A DNA stretch of 64,000 bases from positions 58,652,001-58,716,000 of the forward strand of contig NC_079169.1 of assembly GCF_947568905.1 (NCBI RefSeq). Reading direction: 5' to 3'. The translations under genes and the position numbers were made by a program. Source of the DNA: Ostrea edulis (taxonomy: Eukaryota). The notes under the pieces were generated by a model, which was not told the DNA's origin, ran no database searches, and saw only the letters and a list, made by a program, of their open reading frames with translations. Positions 58,207 to 64,000 of the stretch are shown here, piece after piece (the stretch's first letter is position 1; the number at the start of each line of letters is the position of its first letter).

Positions 58207-59932
58207 ATATACATTGTAAATCAAAAACCTCAGTGTTCTTGACAAAAGCACCAAACTTCGCTAAGTACCATATCAACTTTGTATATTTTATTTCATGCTG
58301 CAACCATGTCAATTTACTATATATATATATATATCTTTTTGAATTACATTACACTGTAGATTGTCACCTTTTATGCAATTAACAGTCAAATTATATTTTT
58401 AGTGTACATGATTACATCAAACCTCAGATACAACAGATGTACAATTATTTCTTTTTTCTTGTTGCTTTCATACGACATAAAAATTTATTGCTTTTTAAAA
58501 TATAAATTGGTCTCTTTTTCGCCCCACTTCATCTCCCATAAAATTCAATTTAAACTGTGAGAAAACTAGGGTATCGGTTTCAAATTATCTTGAGAAAATA
58601 CTTATAATAAAGAAAAGCATCAAATTTGATTACTTAAAAGTTTGTGTCATTAAAATAAATTCCATGGAGGAATTCTCGTAAAATACCAGTTTTCTTTTTA
58701 GCAATTGCACACTGATGTTGTCATTTGGGTTATCAAGTAAAAGCAATAATAGTAATCATGATTTTTTGTTATTTTTTCTCTCCAACAATACAACGAGTTA
58801 TCATATGCATATGTTTGTAAAAATATCGATATGTATATTTCTGCTGTTTGGTATGAAAAGCAGATTGAAACAGAAATTTATATTAAAGACAAATACATAA
58901 TTATACATTAAATTCTAAATAATGAAGTGGTCATCTTAACATTGATTGAGTCATCCCAAATTACATTGAATGAAAGCTGTAATCAATATGTACACATTAT
59001 AAAAAATGTTTTTAAAAAAGAAGAATGAATGAGGGATAATTTTACATCATGTTAAGCTAGTATCAGAATCCCGTCGTAAACGTAGAACTGGCACCCTAGT
59101 AAGCCAGTCCGATCTCACTCGTCCTTACTTATTATCCTGCCTCTGATAAAAAATCTTAACATTTCATTACAACGATATTACACCTCTAACTAACCTTATA
59201 TTGCCAATATGCCCTTTCCACGTGGTTTACTGACCACACATGTGTACTATGACGTCATGAAAATACTTATACCATGTCACTAAAAATTAGTCGGCGCAAC
59301 AAAGGATTTATTTTTCAATTTACAGTTTGTGGAAAAAGTTGTCTCTATTCCGTTGTTGTTGGTTTACATGTTGCAGCCATTTTTTATTGTTGTACATTTG
59401 ATAAAGTATCTCAAGAATACATTTCTTGCAGTCATTTAGTTGGGGGCTTTTTTGGGGGGGAGGGGGGGGGGAGTTAAAAACATGTTTTAATGATCAAATC
59501 AAAAGGATTGGGAACAAATTAGTCCCTCTCCTAAAGTATTACAATATGTCATGCAAGGTAATAATTAACTGGTAAAATGTACAATGATTAAACGAATCTA
59601 CAAGTTTCTTCTATAAATTTATGAACAACTGAAAACTATTTATATTATTTTGCAGAGGCAAATCAACATCACCGCATAATAACAATTTTGTATCAATATT
59701 CACCAAATCAAGCATGAAAAGGCGATTAAAAAGATCATTTCTAGCTCTAGAGTATTTTTTACGAGCGAAAACGAGATGATATACATCTTCGTTAATATGT
59801 CCACAGGTACAAAACGGAGAATTTGTAATATTTCGTTTATAAAGATCATAATGAAGTATACAGTTATGTCTTAGCTTTGTATGAATAATGTTGATATATC
59901 GTTTTCCAAAAGAGTAATATGATGGTGGTCTT

Positions 59933-60317
59933 CAGGGGCGGATCCAGGAATTGCGGTTACGGGGGGCGCCACTTTATGAGGCTGGGGGGCGCCTTGAGGC
60001 CCCCAGTGGGTCCAGGAAGCCCTCGGAAGCTCCGGGATTTTACAGATTTTATAGGGCTTGAATAATGTCTCCTATTTAGTCATTTGTACTATTTTTTAAG
60101 ATTTCTAATAAGGCGAAATTAATAAAATTATGCAAATTTTAAGGGTTTCTGGAACAAAATTAAGTTCTCCCAATATAGTAATACAAGAAATCAAAAGATT
60201 TTGTCATTTATTTCTCCGGGAGTGGAAGAAATTATTGCTTCTTTTATCGTTTAGTACATTTTTCTAAACAAGATACCCCGATTTACCTAAAATTTGAAGA
60301 AAAAAAATCCGCCACTG
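59933..60317 (+). mobile_element. MITE with CAG-GGCGGAT termini and 5-bp TSD (copy 2)
   Basis: caggggcggatcc..aaatccgccactg, flanked by gtctt/gtctt. Confidence 0.75.
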
Positions 60318-60751
60318 GTCTTGTAATGTCTGTTATTATATTTTTGCGGAATGCATTGATTGAGATGGCTTCTCTGGCTTCTACATTTGATAAATTCCAC
60401 TGTTTTACAGAGTCAGGTACAAATGATTTTTTGAATAACTCTAGTTTTGTTGTACATTTAATAAAGCATCAAGAATGAATAGTGCTAATATGCCTTTAAT
60501 TAATGTATACGTAAAATCATCAACAGGATAAATTCGATATGTATGCACTTGGTGAGGTAATACGGAAATATATGGGGTCCTTGGGAAAAAAAACCCCATA
60601 CATGGGCAATTAAACCCATTATTTTATTTTTTTTGAAGGACCTGACCCCACCGTCATAAAAACGGCGGGGCATATCCTGTAAGTGTCTACATCAATTATA
60701 ATGTTACGGAAATAACCGACCAGTTACGACTGAAGCCAGAGGTAAATAAAG

Positions 60752-61360
60752 TGACGTCATAATGCAACGTTTCTTACTGTTAATGTATTGTGACGTCACG
60801 TTATTTATCCCCAGCTTGTAAAATAGCTGACATGACTTCCTATTTAATTGTGTATAATATAATTTGGTTATATAGGACATGAATTCGTTATCCAGGTCCT
60901 ATCAAGAATGTACGGGGGGGTTATCCCGAATTAATTTTTTTTTTATTGGACCAAGAAGAAATCTGCGCTTGCAAGATCGTGAAATCATTTGGCGCGCATC
61001 AGCTTTATGACGTACCGCAAATACGTTAACGTTGTAGATGCATTTGGAAAATCTGGATTTTGGTTATCAACAGTTACAAACAGGTAAGTGAATGTAAGAA
61101 TTTTTTGATAACGGGTACAAAGTAAGCGGCAGTAAAATGGCAAAAGTAACGGCTTCGGTGTTACAGGAAGCTAACATCTCGCGAGAATAAGCTGAGTCTC
61201 GAAGTTCATTACATTCTTCAAATTATAAAAATATTTAGTTTATAAAGCTTTTTTATTTCGAAAATTATTGAAAATAAATAGACCAACTTTGAAATTAAGC
61301 AATTAAAGAGCTTTAGAAGAGAAAATATTTGTAATGACGTTGTCATGGGTGACGTAAATT
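60752..61360 (+). promoter_or_regulatory. Possible promoter region of the orphan gene with CRE-like motifs
   Basis: TGACGTCA at 60752 and 60791, TGACGT half-sites at ~61008, 61335 and 61350, and a strong donor aacag|gtaagt at ~61085 (possible 5' UTR exon). The motif is also common in transposons. Confidence 0.3.
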
Positions 61361-61455
61361 GATGCGTTGCGTCGTGACAACAGTTCATAGTTACGGCGCC
61401 ATCAGTAGCAAACGGACGGGAAAAATATTCGGAGTAAAATATCTGAAAATTGACA

Positions 61456-62718
61456 ATGAAACGACGACATTCGTTAGATGACACTTGCACCGAAGGAGAA
61501 ATAGTGGTATAAATGAACTAGAAGATACTTTTACTTGAAATATAAATGGAAGAATTAAAATTTTCGAAGAAATTGGGAAAATGGTTTGGTTTGGATAACA
61601 ATCATATCGTTTATTCTTTAAAGACTAAAACTACTTCTACCCAATGTCTGAAATTACAATTTAGGCTGAAATACTAAAACTTAAAATGTAACTTCGGATC
61701 GTTAATTAATTAATATCAGTCAAAGTTTGCTGAATTTGGTTGTACGCGTAATAACCCCGTGTAATAGATCTAGTACGTTATAGCTGTTAAAAGATATCAA
61801 ATTTATAAATGACAAAACACAGTACAGAAAATAAAGATAGCTAAATGATATTGTAGGCCAAGAAAAGAAAAATCAGACGAGGAAAGAAGGCTGGCAGGAA
61901 ACATCGTCCTCGTCCATCCACAGTTCCTTTGGCTGAACTGTCTGTGCCACACTCCCCACAGTGCTCTAGTAAGATTGCTAGCAACAAATCAGCTGTTAAG
62001 ACCTGTGGTGCTGGTACTTCTGCTGTAGACTCTAACACAGAACATAATACTGCAAACACATTTCAAGGGGAAACGATATTGGACAGTACTAATGTTGCAC
62101 AAGACGTCAGTGAAAGCAACACGAATGCAGAGATACTCTCACAGGCTGATGTTCTTGGATTGTTCCAAGGATTGAACGACACTTACAATTTAGGAGATGC
62201 GCCTCCCCAGGATCAACTATTCCGTGTAGTAATGGATGGTTCGTCCATGTATCTCGTTGGTCCTTTAAACCAAGTCTACTTATCATTGAAGCCACAAGAA
62301 GGAGATGTTGCTTCACCAGATTCGCAAATGCTGTGCACACTAGAACCAAACACTGACCGTCTTAGCGACTACTCGGATATCACTGCCAACTGTTCGGTGA
62401 GTATCACTATTTCTTGCCTACATCTATATAATGGATGTTAAAATATACACACGCCAATAAAACTCCTCATCCAATACTCGTGAACAAATATTTCTAAGAG
62501 AGAATATCAGTTGAGACATATCCCCACGCACATGTGCGCACGAATCTGATACACGTATCTTGAATTTAAAACAGACCAATATTTACCAATATTTTCATAT
62601 TTTATGGATCAAGTTCATGGGAATATTTTACTATTCAAGGACAAATTCTTGCCTCCTCATAGTGCACTTCAGCAAAGGCCATATATGGTTTAAAATTTGT
62701 AATATATAACACGTTCTC

Positions 62719-62781
<63 letters not shown>

Positions 62782-63503
62782 AACAATCTTAGATCTATAT
62801 ATTTTCTCTATTTTCTTTTAGCGACAGTTCATAGTCAAGTCTTTTTCTGACAAAATAAAGGAAAGGCTTGAGAACTGGGTAAGGCACACGCAGCGGCGAT
62901 TTTAGTACTTGCAATATACAATCCTACTGCAGAAACGCTATTGCGAATTTTTTCCAGAATAGGTTGTTCACCTTCTTTCGTTGTTTCTTTTCAGTATGAA
63001 ATGACTAGACACGTTGATCACCGAGAGGCACACCTACTGAAATACCGGTTTCCATCTCACCTGGTAATTGTTTTCATTACTAGTGCGTTGTATATGTTTA
63101 AACAATATTTATTCAAATAATTTAATGGGATTGGGCAGCAGGCTTTAGCCTATATAAGCCCTCTCCCTGTGTTATATATCATTACTGTCTCGCTCAGGCA
63201 GATCTGTTGAATTTGATGGAGGGAAGGGGTTGTATATTCCTGAAATATTTAATAGGGTACATCAATTCGATGACTGAAGGGGACCAAAGTTACAGCTTTC
63301 TAGTATGATTTGGTCTCGTGTTAGACCAGGTATTCTTTGTAGAACATGCAGCATGCACAATGCGATGGTACAGTGAAACTAAATATCTTTTATCTTTTTT
63401 TTTACAGCTTGAATGGTCAGAACGTGTGAAATTTAGTCATGAGCGCAAGTGGAAAAGACTAGAGTACCATGAAGCCGAGTACAGCGCTAGTGATTTTCAC
63501 TGA
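61456..63503 (+). CDS. Uncharacterised ~270-aa protein, 5 coding exons, basic N-terminus (NLS-like)
   Basis: Exons 61456-61506, 61857-62396, 62822-62878, 62995-63063, 63408-63503. All introns are GT-AG and phase 0, and each exon is open in the joined frame: MKRRHSLDDTCTEGEIV|AKKRKIRRGKKAGRKHRPRP..TANCS|RQFIVKSFSDKIKERLENW|YEMTRHVDHREAHLLKYRFPSHL|LEWSERVKFSHERKWKRLEYHEAEYSASDFH*. The first exon is the least certain. Confidence 0.65.
62717..62780. repeat. (TCTG)n/(TC)n microsatellite
   Basis: Direct observation; lies in intron 2 of the orphan gene. Confidence 0.9.
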
Positions 63504-64000
63504 GGGACAGTGTCTTCGGAATTTTGTGATAAACAGTTATCATTCTTATAAACAGCTGTACATAGCACTGCATGCTCTAAATATTTGTACATGTACATAT
63601 TTTGCTTTGTTATAGCTGTAAATGCTTGTATATATTTTGGTTTTGTATAATACACGATACATAATTTTTGCTCTTTTTTTTTTTTTAAATTATTTGAAAT
63701 GAAGAGGGCATGTTCCTAATGTGACATGTAGGCCAGACATGTAGGCTAGACATATAGGCCCCTGCGACGAATACAAGACAACTGTTATATTTATAAACAA
63801 CTTATTCACTCCGTTACCCCTAAATTACACTTGCTACAAACACTCTTTTTTCTTCAAAATGATGAAAATTGAAGTTGTTTTATGAGTAAAATCAATACAA
63901 TTGACTGTATGGAATGTAATTTCTTCCTATGACTTCTCAATTAAGTCCAAAACAGTGGAGGAAATTTGTATATAGTGATATAGGGAGGGATACTGTATTT

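Overview
This is AT-rich animal genomic DNA. The repeat families and GPCR types point to a bivalve, probably an oyster (inference). Five genes can be reconstructed by hand. Two are paralogous spliced genes encoding signal peptide + NIDO domain + tandem EGF/cbEGF repeats (SNED1-like), arranged head-to-head with only 197 bp between their ATGs: one on the minus strand (13614 to <95, running off the left edge) and one on the plus strand (13812 to ~20590). Two are class A GPCRs with intronless CDS (34850-35941, which has atypical motifs, and 56833-58206). The fifth is a five-exon ~270-aa gene with no family I recognise (61456-63503). Much of the rest is mobile DNA: Naiad-type Penelope-like elements, a GIY-YIG Penelope-like element, a Gmr1-type Gypsy (INT before RT), a second heavily nested Gypsy, a LINE 3' end, Tc1 and ISL2EU/Harbinger fragments, an AcademH-like element with a RecQ-helicase remnant and 9-bp TSD, foldback/MITE elements, Helentron-type HINEs, tRNA-derived SINEs and many mini/microsatellites. 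Two minimal type I hammerhead ribozyme motifs are readable (31647-31690 and 55539-55579, both minus strand). All calls come from manual reading; no database search or folding program was run.
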